DNA of 64,000 nucleotides, taken from Gemmatimonadota bacterium. Its GTDB lineage: Bacteria; Gemmatimonadota; Gemmatimonadetes; Palauibacterales; Palauibacteraceae. Each line of letters starts with the position of its first letter. The first letter of the stretch is position 1. A program made the translations under genes and the position numbers. Of the stretch, positions 1 to 9,441 are shown piece by piece. The notes under the pieces were generated by a model. The model was not told the origin of the DNA, made no database searches, and saw nothing but the letters and a program-made list of their open reading frames with translations. The DNA lies in the NCBI GenBank assembly GCA_039588275.1, contig JBDHAC010000010.1:32001-96000 (forward strand), read 5' to 3'.

Positions 1-3000
1 AGAGGAGCCCAACGGAGTCGAGCCATCGCGATCGATCTGCAACGCGCCGCCGAACCGACCGGGGATCCACGTCGGATCGTTGATGTCGGCCCCCGTCGTC
101 GAACCGAGCTGACCGTCCAGCCCCGCGACGAGTTCGGCCGCGACCTGTCCGGCCCCGTCGTCGAGCGTCCACAGCGCGGCCATGTCCGGGTCGACGGGCG
201 TCGAGCCTACCAGGACCGGCTCGTTGCGGTCGACCATCGTGCCGTCGGCGAGCTGGCCGCTGGAGTTGAAGCCCCAGCACATCGTCTCGCCGTCGTCTCG
301 AATCGCGCAGGTGTGCGACCCTCCAGCGCTGATCGACTCGAAGAGGTGCCCGCCTTCGACCATGACCGGCGTCCCACTCTGGCTATTCGTACCATCTCCG
401 AGCTGACCGGCATTGTTGAGGCCCGTGCACCAGGCCTCCCCCGCGAACGTGACCGCGCAGCTGTGCGCGAGTCCGGTGCTGATCGATTTCAGCCCCGAGA
501 GCGAGCCCGAGATCCCCGAGCGACCGTTGCCTCCGGAGCCCCAGCAGTACGGGCCGTCGTCCGTCGTGATCCCGCACGTGTGCGAGTTCGCCGCCTCCAG
601 GGACACGAACTTCCGCATTCCGGCGACCGTGACGGGGACCGGCTCGGACGTTACTCCGCCTCCGATCGTGGTGTTACCGAGTCGGTTGAAGCTGCCCCCC
701 GACCCCCAGCAGAACGCCGAGCCGTCACGCGTGATCGCGCACGTATGCCGCTGGGCGGCGCTCACAATCACGTAGGTCTGTGGCCCGTCGACCGAATCGA
801 CGACCTTCTGTGGGATGTTTCCGTTTGACGTGCCGCCGTCTCCCAGTTGGCCGACGTCGTTCGAGCCCCAGCAATAGACGTCACCGACATCGTTGACGGC
901 ACAGGCGTGGGTCTCACCCATGCTCACCCCCGTCCAGGTCTGCGGCCCTTCGATCGGATCGCTCGTCGCGACCGGGGTGTTGATGCCCACGTTCCCGCCG
1001 TTTCCGAGCTGACCGACGGTGCCGAATCCCCAGCAGTAGATGTCTCCGCTGGTCGTCAGCGCACAGCTGGACCGTCCGAAACCGCCACCCTGGCCACCGC
1101 CCGAGCTGACCCTGGCCCAGGTCTGCGGTCCCTGTGGCGGATCTTCGATCTTGACCGGAGCGGTCTCAGTAAACGTCATGCCGTTCCCCAGCGGGCCGCT
1201 GCCCCAGCACTCGATGTCGCCGGCCTGCGTGACCTGGCATGTGTGCGACGCGCCCGCGCTGACGGGAGAGGGCAAGAGGGGGGTAATGGGCGGGGTCGGG
1301 TCCGGCAGCCCCTGGACCGGGCTCGGGCTCGTGACGGCGCCGCCCGCGCTGCCGGTGCCGGCCTGGCCGGCCCAGTTACCCCCCCAGCATTCGATGGCGC
1401 CGGCCGGTGTCACGCCGCAGGTCGTCCAGTAACCCGCCGCGATTGCATCGTAGGGTCCACCAAGCACGGCTCCCGGTATCGTCTGATCCGACGTGCTGCC
1501 GTTCCCGAGTTGCCCGTTAGCCCCGTAGCCCCAGCACTCGACCGTCCCGCTCGACTGCCGACCGCATGTGTGGTAGCCCCCCAGCGCGATTTCATCATAC
1601 GGCCCCCCCTGGACCTGTACCGGTATCGATTGTTTGTTTGTCGTCGTGCCGTCCCCGCGCTGCCCGAAGTTTCCGCGACCCCAGCACTCGACCGTCCCGC
1701 TCGACTGCCGGCCGCACGCATGATCGAAGCCGATGCTGATCTCGTCGTACGGGCCACCCTGGACCTGTACCGGTGTCGATTGGCGAAGTGTCGTCGTGCC
1801 GTCCCCGCGCTGCCCGTTAGCCCCCCACCCCCAGCACTCGACCATCCCGCTCGACTGCCGGCCGCACGTGGTCGAGCCGCCGGCCCGGATCTCATCGAAC
1901 GGGCCGCCCTGGACCTGCACCGGTGTCGGTTGCCGACGTGTCGTCGTGCCGTTCCCAAGCTGCCCGTTAGCCCCGGATCCCCAGCACTCGACGGTACCAC
2001 TCGACTTCCGCCCGCAGGTGTGGAAAAAACCGGCTGCGATCTCATCGTACGGACCGCCCTGGACCTGCACCGGTGTCGGTTGCCGACGTGTCGTCGTGCC
2101 GTTCCCAAGCTGCCCGTTAGCCCCGGATCCCCAGCACTCGACGGTACCACTCGACTTCCGGGCGCACGTGTGCGACTGGCCGGCGCTGATTTCGTCGTAC
2201 GGGTCGCCCTGCACCTGAACCGGCCTGGCGGAGCTGACGAGGGTTCCATCCCCCAGCTGCCCGGAGCGGTTGTCCCCCCAGCAGAAGGCGTCGCCATTCA
2301 CGAGCGCGCAGGTGTGAGAACCTCCTCCCGTAACGCCCACCGCCTTGGTGCTGAAGCCCTCGATCTGAGCGGTAACGGTGTTCGCGTCGAAGTCGATCAC
2401 GGTCGGGAGCTCGATCCACTGCCCGTTCTCCTCCGTGTAGATCGCCAGCCGCGTGATGTCCGCGTCCGGCGGAATCTGAGCCTCGTCGAAGCTGAGCGTC
2501 AGGTCCACCGGCTCGTCGAACGTGGTCCCGTCGGGCCCGAACTCGTACACGCTGCCCTGCAGCGCCTGCACCTCCGCTGGGATTCCGCTCAGGTCCGTCA
2601 CCGGGTCGACCGTGATGCCTACCTCCTCGCTCAACGCGCCGGCCGGGACGTCGAGCACCACGTCTCCGTCCTCCGCCGTGATCGTGACGGGATCGCTTCC
2701 GACCACGAACACCGCGCCCTCCTCAATGCGGAACTTGATCGGGAGCGTGCGGCCATCCTTGAGCAGGATGTACTCGTCCGTATCCACGTTCTTCAGCTGG
2801 TTGCCGCCGCTCACTGCATCTACATCAGCGTAGCCCAGCACCGTCCCGGCCACGCTCACGATGATTCGGTATGTCTTCTGATCATCCAGCACGAACTCGT
2901 CGGTGTGCCAGTTCACGACGTAGTGCTCGTTCGCCGGCTCCATCCGGACCGTCTCCGAGCCGGGGCCCGTATCCATCGTGAACAGCGCCGGCTCCGGCCC

Positions 3001-3354
3001 GAGGTCCAGGCAGTCGGTCACCTGGGGCGGGTCCGAGGTCTCGAACACCAGCTCGCACACCTCGACCTGAGGCGAAAGCGACCCGTCGAAGGCCCCCTCC
3101 ACCGTCGGGTCCGGGACCATCGGCGGCAGGAAATAGAAGTGCTCGATGGCCAGGCTGTGGGCCGCATCGGCGATCTCCGCCGACGGCCCGGGTGTCGCCA
3201 CGGGAGGTCCTCCAACGAGCCCGGCCCCGGGTCCGAGGACCGCCTGGTCCCGACACGCCGACGCCGTAATCGCTGCGCACAGCGCGATAATCGGCGCGAT
3301 TGAGGGAAGGCTCCGGCGATGCTTGCCGGTCGAGTGTGAGCGCGCGTACGACAT
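1..3354 (-). CDS. Large secreted lipoprotein: N-terminal domain, ZU5-like domain, 14 RCC1/BLIP-II repeats (two 7-bladed propellers), then the start of a LamG/ConA-like domain; 3' end runs off the window
   Basis: Absent from the ORF track because there is no stop in the window; translated by hand. ATG at 3354 follows AGGAGG. Lipobox-like ALCAAITASAC; HFYFLPPMV; ZU5-like LDVPAGALSEEVGITV...YEFGPDGTTFDEPVDLTL; 14 C(W/T)G-containing repeats (GxxHTC...CWGxxxxGQLGxG); ALWTLDDGAG...WIPGRFGGALQID at the window edge. Confidence 0.9.
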   Translation of the reverse strand, partial: MSYARSHSTGKHRRSLPSIAPIIALCAAITASACRDQAVLGPGAGLVGGPPVATPGPSAEIADAAHSLAIEHFYFLPPMVPDPTVEGAFDGSLSPQVEVCELVFETSDPPQVTDCLDLGPEPALFTMDTGPGSETVRMEPANEHYVVNWHTDEFVLDDQKTYRIIVSVAGTVLGYADVDAVSGGNQLKNVDTDEYILLKDGRTLPIKFRIEEGAVFVVGSDPVTITAEDGDVVLDVPAGALSEEVGITVDPVTDLSGIPAEVQALQGSVYEFGPDGTTFDEPVDLTLSFDEAQIPPDADITRLAIYTEENGQWIELPTVIDFDANTVTAQIEGFSTKAVGVTGGGSHTCALVNGDAFCWGDNRSGQLGDGTLVSSARPVQVQGDPYDEISAGQSHTCARKSSGTVECWGSGANGQLGNGTTTRRQPTPVQVQGGPYDEIAAGFFHTCGRKSSGTVECWGSGANGQLGNGTTTRRQPTPVQVQGGPFDEIRAGGSTTCGRQSSGMVECWGWGANGQRGDGTTTLRQSTPVQVQGGPYDEISIGFDHACGRQSSGTVECWGRGNFGQRGDGTTTNKQSIPVQVQGGPYDEIALGGYHTCGRQSSGTVECWGYGANGQLGNGSTSDQTIPGAVLGGPYDAIAAGYWTTCGVTPAGAIECWGGNWAGQAGTGSAGGAVTSPSPVQGLPDPTPPITPLLPSPVSAGASHTCQVTQAGDIECWGSGPLGNGMTFTETAPVKIEDPPQGPQTWARVSSGGGQGGGFGRSSCALTTSGDIYCWGFGTVGQLGNGGNVGINTPVATSDPIEGPQTWTGVSMGETHACAVNDVGDVYCWGSNDVGQLGDGGTSNGNIPQKVVDSVDGPQTYVIVSAAQRHTCAITRDGSAFCWGSGGSFNRLGNTTIGGGVTSEPVPVTVAGMRKFVSLEAANSHTCGITTDDGPYCWGSGGNGRSGISGSLSGLKSISTGLAHSCAVTFAGEAWCTGLNNAGQLGDGTNSQSGTPVMVEGGHLFESISAGGSHTCAIRDDGETMCWGFNSSGQLADGTMVDRNEPVLVGSTPVDPDMAALWTLDDGAGQVAAELVAGLDGQLGSTTGADINDPTWIPGRFGGALQIDRDGSTPLGSS
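1531..2280. repeat. Intragenic tandem array of five 150-bp RCC1 blade units
   Basis: Units start with CCAGCACTCGAC at 1531, 1681, 1831, 1981 and 2131. 1904-2010 is identical to 2054-2160 (107 bp). Confidence 0.95.
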
Positions 3355-3473
3355 GTCGCCTCCTGGGTTCCGGGTATCGCCCGGGACGCGGCCTTCCTAG
3401 CTTCCCACCCGGAACAGGGCAGCACGGAAGCAAGGAGGACCGCGTTCCACGGGCCAATCGCTGCAACCGTCGC

Positions 3474-3529
3474 AGGCTAACCCGGGCCCGTGACATCGCC
3501 GTGAAACCGGCGTGACACCTCCTGTCACG
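3474..3529 (-). promoter_or_regulatory. SARP/OmpR-type operator-promoter: three heptamers at 11-bp period plus a -10 box, and one inverted heptamer
   Basis: Minus strand reads TGTCACG-CCGG-TTTCACG-GCGA-TGTCACG (3517-3489), 9 nt, then TAGCCT (3479-3474). An inverted TGTCACG lies at 3523-3529 on the plus strand. Confidence 0.7.
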
Positions 3530-3555
3530 CCCGGTTGTTGGATGGAGTACCGCGT

Positions 3556-6291
3556 TTGATCCGACTTTCCTTACTGGGGCCGACCACTTGCCTGGACCCG
3601 TCCGGGGCCGACCTGGAGCGGGTGGTTCGATCCCCGAAACGGCTGGCGCTCCTCTCCTACCTCGCGGCGGCTTCCCCGCACGGCTTCCACCGACGTGACA
3701 CCCTCCTCGGCCTGTTCTGGCCGGAGTCCGACCAGAAGCGCGCCCGCGGTGCCTTGCGGCAGACCGTCCGACACCTGCGCAGCGACCTAGGCGATGTAGT
3801 GGTGAGTCGCGGGCAGGAGGAGTTGGGCTTGGACTGGGATCGCTTCTGGTGCGACGCCGTCGCCTTCGAGGAGGCGCTGGACGAGGGCCGGGTCCCGGAC
3901 GCGATCGAGCTCTATCAGCGCGACCTGCTCGACGGGTTTTACTTGTCGGGCACTCCCGAGTTCGAGCGCTGGCTGGACCGGGAGCGGCGCCGGCTCCAGC
4001 GCCGGGGGGCGGAAGCCGCCTGGGCGTTTGCCGGTCAATTGCAGGAGCCGAGCGAGGCAGCGCGCTGGGCACGGAGGGCTGCACGGTTTACTCCTCGCGG
4101 AGAGACTGCGGTTCGCCGGCTCATGCAGTTCCTGGACGCGCGTGGGGACGCGGTCGGTGCCCTGCGCGAGTACGAGCGCTTCCGCGTGCGTGTGCACGAA
4201 GAGCTGGGCGCGGGGCCCGGGTCGGAGACCGCAGCGCTGGCGACCGCGATCCGAGAAGGTACCAACGTCCCGACGAGCCAGCCGGCAAAGGTCGAGGGAG
4301 AGGCGCCGAAAGAGGGTCCGACGTCCCCCGAGCTCGATGACGAGGCGTCGGCGCAGGACACGAGTGCTACTCCGAGGCGTCGAGGGCTGGCGCTCCCGGT
4401 CAGCGTCGGCAGCACCGCTCCGATCGTCGCATCACGCGCGCTCACCGGAGAGACCGCGACCCTCGCGGACGGAATCCACTCCCTCACGCAGGAGATCGAA
4501 ATCCGACCGCATCGTCTTTCGGCCTTTGAAGGCGCCCTCATGGCCGTCGGTATCGGCGTCGCGCTGCTGGCGACTCTCGGCACCGCGCGCCTTATCAACG
4601 ATGTGGGTGATGGCATACGCTTCCGCGCGGCGATGAGGATCACCGACAGTGAGGGTCTCGAGATCCAGCCGGCCCTGTCCCCAAGCGGGGATCGGGTCGC
4701 GTACGTGACCGGGCAACTCAGCGCGACGCGCGTGGAGGTACGCCGAGTATCGGGCGGCCGTCCCGTTCGACTGACGAGTGAGCTTCGGGGCACACACCGC
4801 TCGCCGACGTGGTCTCCGGACGGAGAGCGGGTGGCCTTCATCACCCACGAGGTGAGCGGCGCCTCGACGTTGTACGCGGTGCCGGCCACGGGAGGAGCCC
4901 CCCGAGTCCTGTTGCGCGCCGAGCCCAGTCCCGCCGGGCTGTGGGGACTCAGCTGGTCACCGGATGGGAGGCGGATCGCACTCAAACGTGACCGGAGCCT
5001 TTACACGCTCGACACAGACACGGGCGAGCTGACACACCTCACCGACGCGTGGGCACCTCACTCGCTCGCCTGGTCACCCCGGGGTGACCGGATCGCGTTC
5101 GTGTCCGAGAACTCCGGGTACCCGTACGGCTCCAACATTGCGCCGAGCTCCGTCTGGGTCGTGCCGGCGATAGGGGGAGAAGCAAGACGCATCACGTCCG
5201 GGGGTGACTTGAACCAGAGTCCAGTCTGGTGGCCCGATGGGCGTCGACTCCTCTTCATCTCGGACCGTGACGGCACGCCCGACATCTACTCGCAAAGGCT
5301 CGACGATTCGTCCGAGCCGGCCGGTTCCCCGGTCCGGCTGACCTCGGGCCTCCAACCGCTGAGCTTCTCCCTGTCCGCCGATGGCTCGCGGCTCACCTAC
5401 TCGGTGCCAACGGTCGATGCAGATATATGGGTTCTCCCCATGCACGAGGGGAACGACGACCAAGTGCCCCCCCGCCTGGCGGACGCGACCCGGCTCCTCG
5501 ACACTCGCCAGGTCATCGAGACCGTCAGCCTGTCACCCGACGGGGCGTGGCTGGCGTACGACTCGAACGCCAGCGGGAACCAGGACATCTACAAGGTCAG
5601 CGTGGACGGCGGGGAGCCGATCCAGCTCACACGCGATCCGGCGGATGACTTCGCGCCCGAATGGTCACCGGACGGGAGCGAGCTCGTGTTCTACTCGTTC
5701 AGAAGCGGGAACCGCGACCTGTTCGTGACCGACGCCGACGGGCGGCGGGTGGAGCAGGTGACGACGAGCGACGGCTCCGACGCGTTCCCCAGCTGGTCAC
5801 CCGACGGCGACGCGATCGTGTACCAGCACAACCCCTCCGAGGCCCCTGGAGACTTCCAGACCCTTCGCCGGGTGGAACGAGACCGCCCCGGAGCCGATTG
5901 GAGCCCCCCGGTCCAACTCAACCGGACCTTAAGCGGGAGGCCGCGTTCGTCGCCGGACGGTCGCTGGATCGCATACTGGGGGCTCGGCAACCTATCGGTC
6001 CTATCGGTGACGACGGGCGAGGAGTCGGTGCTGCTACGGGGCGCGTCAGGCAGGGGCGCGCCTGTGTGGTCCGCGGACAGCGAATCGCTGCTCTTCGCCG
6101 CCAGGCTGGACGGTGTCTCCGCGATCTGGAGGATCCCGAGAACCGGGGGTCAGCCTCAGCCCGTAGCGGTGGATGGGGGTCCCGCATTCGTCCGGTTCTG
6201 GTTCGACACGGATGGGGAGGAGATCGTGTTCACCCGGCTCGAGTCCCAGGAGGCCGACATCTGGGTGGTCGAGTTGGAGGGCCACCCCTAG
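3556..6291 (+). CDS. Membrane-anchored transcriptional regulator: SARP-like wHTH + BTAD, linker, single TM helix, TolB-like PD40 beta-propeller repeats
   Basis: TTG start after GGAG (MIRLSLLG). SPKRLALLSYL...RRDTLLGLFWPE...LRQ and DLLDGFYL...EFERWL are AfsR/BTAD-like. TM ALMAVGIGVALLATLG; many PxWSPDG repeats. Confidence 0.88.
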   Translation: MIRLSLLGPTTCLDPSGADLERVVRSPKRLALLSYLAAASPHGFHRRDTLLGLFWPESDQKRARGALRQTVRHLRSDLGDVVVSRGQEELGLDWDRFWCDAVAFEEALDEGRVPDAIELYQRDLLDGFYLSGTPEFERWLDRERRRLQRRGAEAAWAFAGQLQEPSEAARWARRAARFTPRGETAVRRLMQFLDARGDAVGALREYERFRVRVHEELGAGPGSETAALATAIREGTNVPTSQPAKVEGEAPKEGPTSPELDDEASAQDTSATPRRRGLALPVSVGSTAPIVASRALTGETATLADGIHSLTQEIEIRPHRLSAFEGALMAVGIGVALLATLGTARLINDVGDGIRFRAAMRITDSEGLEIQPALSPSGDRVAYVTGQLSATRVEVRRVSGGRPVRLTSELRGTHRSPTWSPDGERVAFITHEVSGASTLYAVPATGGAPRVLLRAEPSPAGLWGLSWSPDGRRIALKRDRSLYTLDTDTGELTHLTDAWAPHSLAWSPRGDRIAFVSENSGYPYGSNIAPSSVWVVPAIGGEARRITSGGDLNQSPVWWPDGRRLLFISDRDGTPDIYSQRLDDSSEPAGSPVRLTSGLQPLSFSLSADGSRLTYSVPTVDADIWVLPMHEGNDDQVPPRLADATRLLDTRQVIETVSLSPDGAWLAYDSNASGNQDIYKVSVDGGEPIQLTRDPADDFAPEWSPDGSELVFYSFRSGNRDLFVTDADGRRVEQVTTSDGSDAFPSWSPDGDAIVYQHNPSEAPGDFQTLRRVERDRPGADWSPPVQLNRTLSGRPRSSPDGRWIAYWGLGNLSVLSVTTGEESVLLRGASGRGAPVWSADSESLLFAARLDGVSAIWRIPRTGGQPQPVAVDGGPAFVRFWFDTDGEEIVFTRLESQEADIWVVELEGHP

Positions 6292-6398
6292 AGCGGTCTG
6301 CCGGTGGTGGGACGAGACCGGAGCCGGTTCTGGGTGCGGAAGACTCCTTGTCGCCCCGCCGAGGCCGACGACGCCCGCTTTCGCGTTTCCGCCGGTGG

Positions 6399-6418
6399 GA
6401 CGTTTCAGCGGAAACGTC
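6399..6418. terminator. Perfect 8-bp hairpin between convergent genes
   Basis: GACGTTTC-AGCG-GAAACGTC; no clear U-tract. Confidence 0.35.
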
Positions 6419-6492
6419 ACCCCTCGATCAACAGGCTCTCAACCCGTCGGTGGCGCCGTTTCCAGCATGACCGACGTGCTTGCGACACACAA

Positions 6493-6906
6493 CTACACCT
6501 TCAGCGCCGCGGCCGCTCGCTCGTAGTCTTCGGGCTTCACGTACAGGACGTAACCGTAGCTCCCGCTGTCGTCCGCCACCCCGCTCGAGGCGAACACGTT
6601 GACGTTGGCCTGATACAGACGCTCGTGGACCCTTGCCAGCGCCCCCAACTCGTCATCGCCCTGGACGAGCAGCGCCGGGTTCGGGCCATCCAGCTTCACG
6701 CCGGCGTTCTTGGCGGCCCTCTGAAGCTGTCCCGAGTCGTGGGGAAAGAGCGTGAGCTGTGCGCGCATCGGCCCGACCGGCACGGCAGTGAACGCTACGA
6801 GGTTGATCCCTTGATCGGCGAGCGCGGAAAGGAGCGAATACGCCGCACCCGGCTCATCTCGAACGGTGGTGTAGAAGTAGTCGACCCGTCTGATCGTGTA
6901 GGCCAT
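6493..6906 (-). CDS. ACT-domain-like protein (two ACT repeats)
   Basis: ATG after GGGGAG. VRDEPGAAYSLLSALADQGINLVAF and GDDELGALARVHERLYQANVNV are ACT-like. Confidence 0.75.
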   Translation of the reverse strand: MAYTIRRVDYFYTTVRDEPGAAYSLLSALADQGINLVAFTAVPVGPMRAQLTLFPHDSGQLQRAAKNAGVKLDGPNPALLVQGDDELGALARVHERLYQANVNVFASSGVADDSGSYGYVLYVKPEDYERAAAALKV

Positions 6907-7161
6907 CGTCGACTCCCCGCCGGTCGCCATTGAAACCTGAGTCACCCGCCGCCCACGCACGTCTTCCCCGCCCCAATCAACCGAATCAAACTCCGGGTGG
7001 CAAGCACCCGTAGAGCCTCGATGAGCGACCCGGGTGAGCACGCTTCGCTTGCGTCTGGATCCAGCCGGGTATCGGTTCACAAGCTTTGGATGGACCTGAG
7101 GCGCTCACTACGACGCTGACGGCTCGAGACTCTCCACGGAGATCAGATGCGGGAAGGCTAC

Positions 7162-8742
7162 ATGACGGAATCCCACTCGAAAGAAGGCCCGTCCTCGCGA
7201 TCGACCGGGACGCTCCCACTCCTCGCGATTCCGCTCCTACTCTCGGCGCCCGGCGCGCTGATGGCGCAGACCCCGGAGCCCGAGCCAGGTACGGAAGCGG
7301 AGTCGCACGCACCGGGGACACTCCTGGTCTCGTCGGTCGAGATTCCGCGCGAGGAAGGCGGTGTGTACGAGGCCGAGCGGGGTGTGCTGTACGTTCCGGC
7401 CAATCGGTCGACGCCCGGCACGGGGGTGTTCGCTCTGGAGTTCCACCGCTTCCCCGCCTCGAGCGAAGCGGACCCCGCCACGCCCCCGATCTTCCAGCTG
7501 AACGGCGGGCCGGGGTGGCCCGGCTTCGGCGACCGGCTCGAGCGCTCCGGTTTCTTCGAAGAGAACATCGAGCCCCGCATCCGGCTGGCGGATGTGGTCG
7601 TCGTCGGCCAGCGCGGGATCGGCTCGTCCGGTCCCGATACCGCATGCGAGGCGGCGGAGCCGCTGGGCGCCGAGGTGGAGCCCACTCTCGAGGCGCGCGC
7701 CACGCAGATGTTTCTGGCCACCCAACGGTGCCGCGCGAAGTGGGAGGCCGAGGGCGTGGACCTCAGCGGGCTCACCGTGATCGAGGCGGCCGCGGATGTG
7801 AACGATGTCCGCGAAGCCCTCGGCTACGACAAGATCCAGGTGCACGGCGGGAGCTTCGGGTCGCACTGGGGCATGACCGTGCTGCGCTACTACCCCGAGA
7901 TCGTCGAGCGCGCGGTCCTGAACGGCATGGAGGGCCCCGACCACACGTACGACATGCCCGGTTGGGTCCTCAAGGCTCTGGAGCGTACGGCGGCTGACGC
8001 GGAGGCGTCCGGCGCCCTGGGCGACCGGGTTCCCGAGGGCGGCCTCATCGCCGCCTTCCGCGAGCTGATCGAGCGCGCCGACTCCGAACCCATCGCAGTT
8101 CGTATCAAGCGGCCCGGGTCGCGGGATTCGGTCGACGTGATCCTCACGGGTGACGATTTCCGAGCGCTGTGGGGTGGCTTTACGCCGAGCCTGCGTGGGC
8201 ATCGCATGGCCGGCTGGCCGGCGGACATCATCCGGCTGTACGAGGGAGATCTTCGGGTGCCCGCCAACCGTCGCCTCGCGGCGCGGACCCGCGCTCCCGG
8301 GGTCCCCACGGCCGCGTTCTTCATGTTGGATTGCAGCTCTGGAATCAGCCCCGCCCGAGCGGCTCGGATGCTCGAGGATCCGGGCGCCGAGGTCGTAGGC
8401 GCCCTGGGCTGGTTCTATCAGGTGACGTGTCCCGCGTGGGACGCGGATTTGGGTGAGGAGTTCCGGGAGAACTTCGACACCGACATCCCGACCGTCATCG
8501 TCCACGGCAACTGGGATGTCTCGACGCCGCTCGAGAACGCGCTCGAGCTCGTCCCCCACTTCAAGGTGAGCCGCTTCGTGCTGGTGGACCGTGGGACGCA
8601 CGGGGCGCTCCGCGAAGCCCTCGATGCTTCGGATGAGTTCCGTCTGGCACTCGAACGGTTCGTGACGACGGGCGACATGTTGGCCCTGCCCGAGAAGGTG
8701 GTGCTCCCACCCCTTGAGTGGAGACAGCCACCCGAGCGCTAA
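7162..8742 (+). CDS. Secreted alpha/beta hydrolase (TAP-like/S33 family)
   Basis: Signal peptide; LNGGPG, QRGIGSS, GGSFG nucleophile elbow, GNWDVSTP, GTHG. Confidence 0.85.
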   Translation: MTESHSKEGPSSRSTGTLPLLAIPLLLSAPGALMAQTPEPEPGTEAESHAPGTLLVSSVEIPREEGGVYEAERGVLYVPANRSTPGTGVFALEFHRFPASSEADPATPPIFQLNGGPGWPGFGDRLERSGFFEENIEPRIRLADVVVVGQRGIGSSGPDTACEAAEPLGAEVEPTLEARATQMFLATQRCRAKWEAEGVDLSGLTVIEAAADVNDVREALGYDKIQVHGGSFGSHWGMTVLRYYPEIVERAVLNGMEGPDHTYDMPGWVLKALERTAADAEASGALGDRVPEGGLIAAFRELIERADSEPIAVRIKRPGSRDSVDVILTGDDFRALWGGFTPSLRGHRMAGWPADIIRLYEGDLRVPANRRLAARTRAPGVPTAAFFMLDCSSGISPARAARMLEDPGAEVVGALGWFYQVTCPAWDADLGEEFRENFDTDIPTVIVHGNWDVSTPLENALELVPHFKVSRFVLVDRGTHGALREALDASDEFRLALERFVTTGDMLALPEKVVLPPLEWRQPPER

Positions 8743-8793
8743 GCGGCCGGCCGGAGGAGCGGTAGGCGACCGGTGGAGAGATGAGCGGCCGCT

Positions 8794-9234
8794 TCAGCCT
8801 TTCTTCTTCAGCCTTACTGCGGTCAGCACGCCAACCGCGCCGATTAGCGGGTTCAACAACGCCAGCCACGTAGGCTGCTGCGCGCTCTGCATCGCCTCGA
8901 ACATGGCCACGTCGGCCGCTCGAGGCCCGGGGTCTTCAATGCCTCCGGTCAGTTGCGGGAGCGCGAACACGATCCCCAGGACAATCACGACCAACGCGAG
9001 TATGTGGGCCGCCCTCTTCTCTCGGGCAACCGCGAGACAGACCAACCCTCCCAAGACCGCGGCGATGAATCCGAGGACGATGCTGACGACGATCCACAGG
9101 GACGAGATGTCGTACGACCCCGGCTGAAACGAGCCTTCGGTCCCCAGCGCGAGGAAGGCGAGCGAGAAGGTTCCGAAGACCACGACGACCATCACCAGGT
9201 AACCCAGGATCACGCTACCGATCGTCTTACCCAT
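8794..9234 (-). CDS. Small integral membrane protein (about 4 TM)
   Basis: ATG after AGGAG; four hydrophobic segments. Confidence 0.8.
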   Translation of the reverse strand: MGKTIGSVILGYLVMVVVVFGTFSLAFLALGTEGSFQPGSYDISSLWIVVSIVLGFIAAVLGGLVCLAVAREKRAAHILALVVIVLGIVFALPQLTGGIEDPGPRAADVAMFEAMQSAQQPTWLALLNPLIGAVGVLTAVRLKKKG

Positions 9235-9441
9235 GACCTGCGCTCCTTGCCGAGGAAACGGGAACCGGTTGAGCCACGGAACGCCGCTCGCGGGACAACG
9301 ATGCACGCCGATCATTCGACGCGCCATGGCTCCGCCCGTGATAATGTCATCTCTCTGCCATCAGCCTGCCTCGCGGTAATCCGTCCAAGGGGGCTACTGA
9401 GAGATGCGGGATCCATCGAGAGAGCAATCACGGGAGGACCC

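Noticed and set aside
1531..2280. Repeats read as a CRISPR array or a DGR template/variable pair
   Set aside because: Units are in-frame 150-bp coding blades, differences are not adenine-specific, and there is no cas or reverse transcriptase gene in the window.
847..3303. 818-aa plus-strand ORF
   Set aside because: Antisense shadow of the RCC1 lipoprotein; Arg/Pro-rich with no motifs. The same applies to other long shadows such as 7237-8601, 47773-48945 and 57918-59240.
6907..7161. Possible riboswitch/ncRNA in intergenic regions (also 32780-33135 and 41563-41759)
   Set aside because: Only short GC hairpins, with no recognisable tRNA or riboswitch consensus. An Infernal/Rfam scan would be needed to exclude one.
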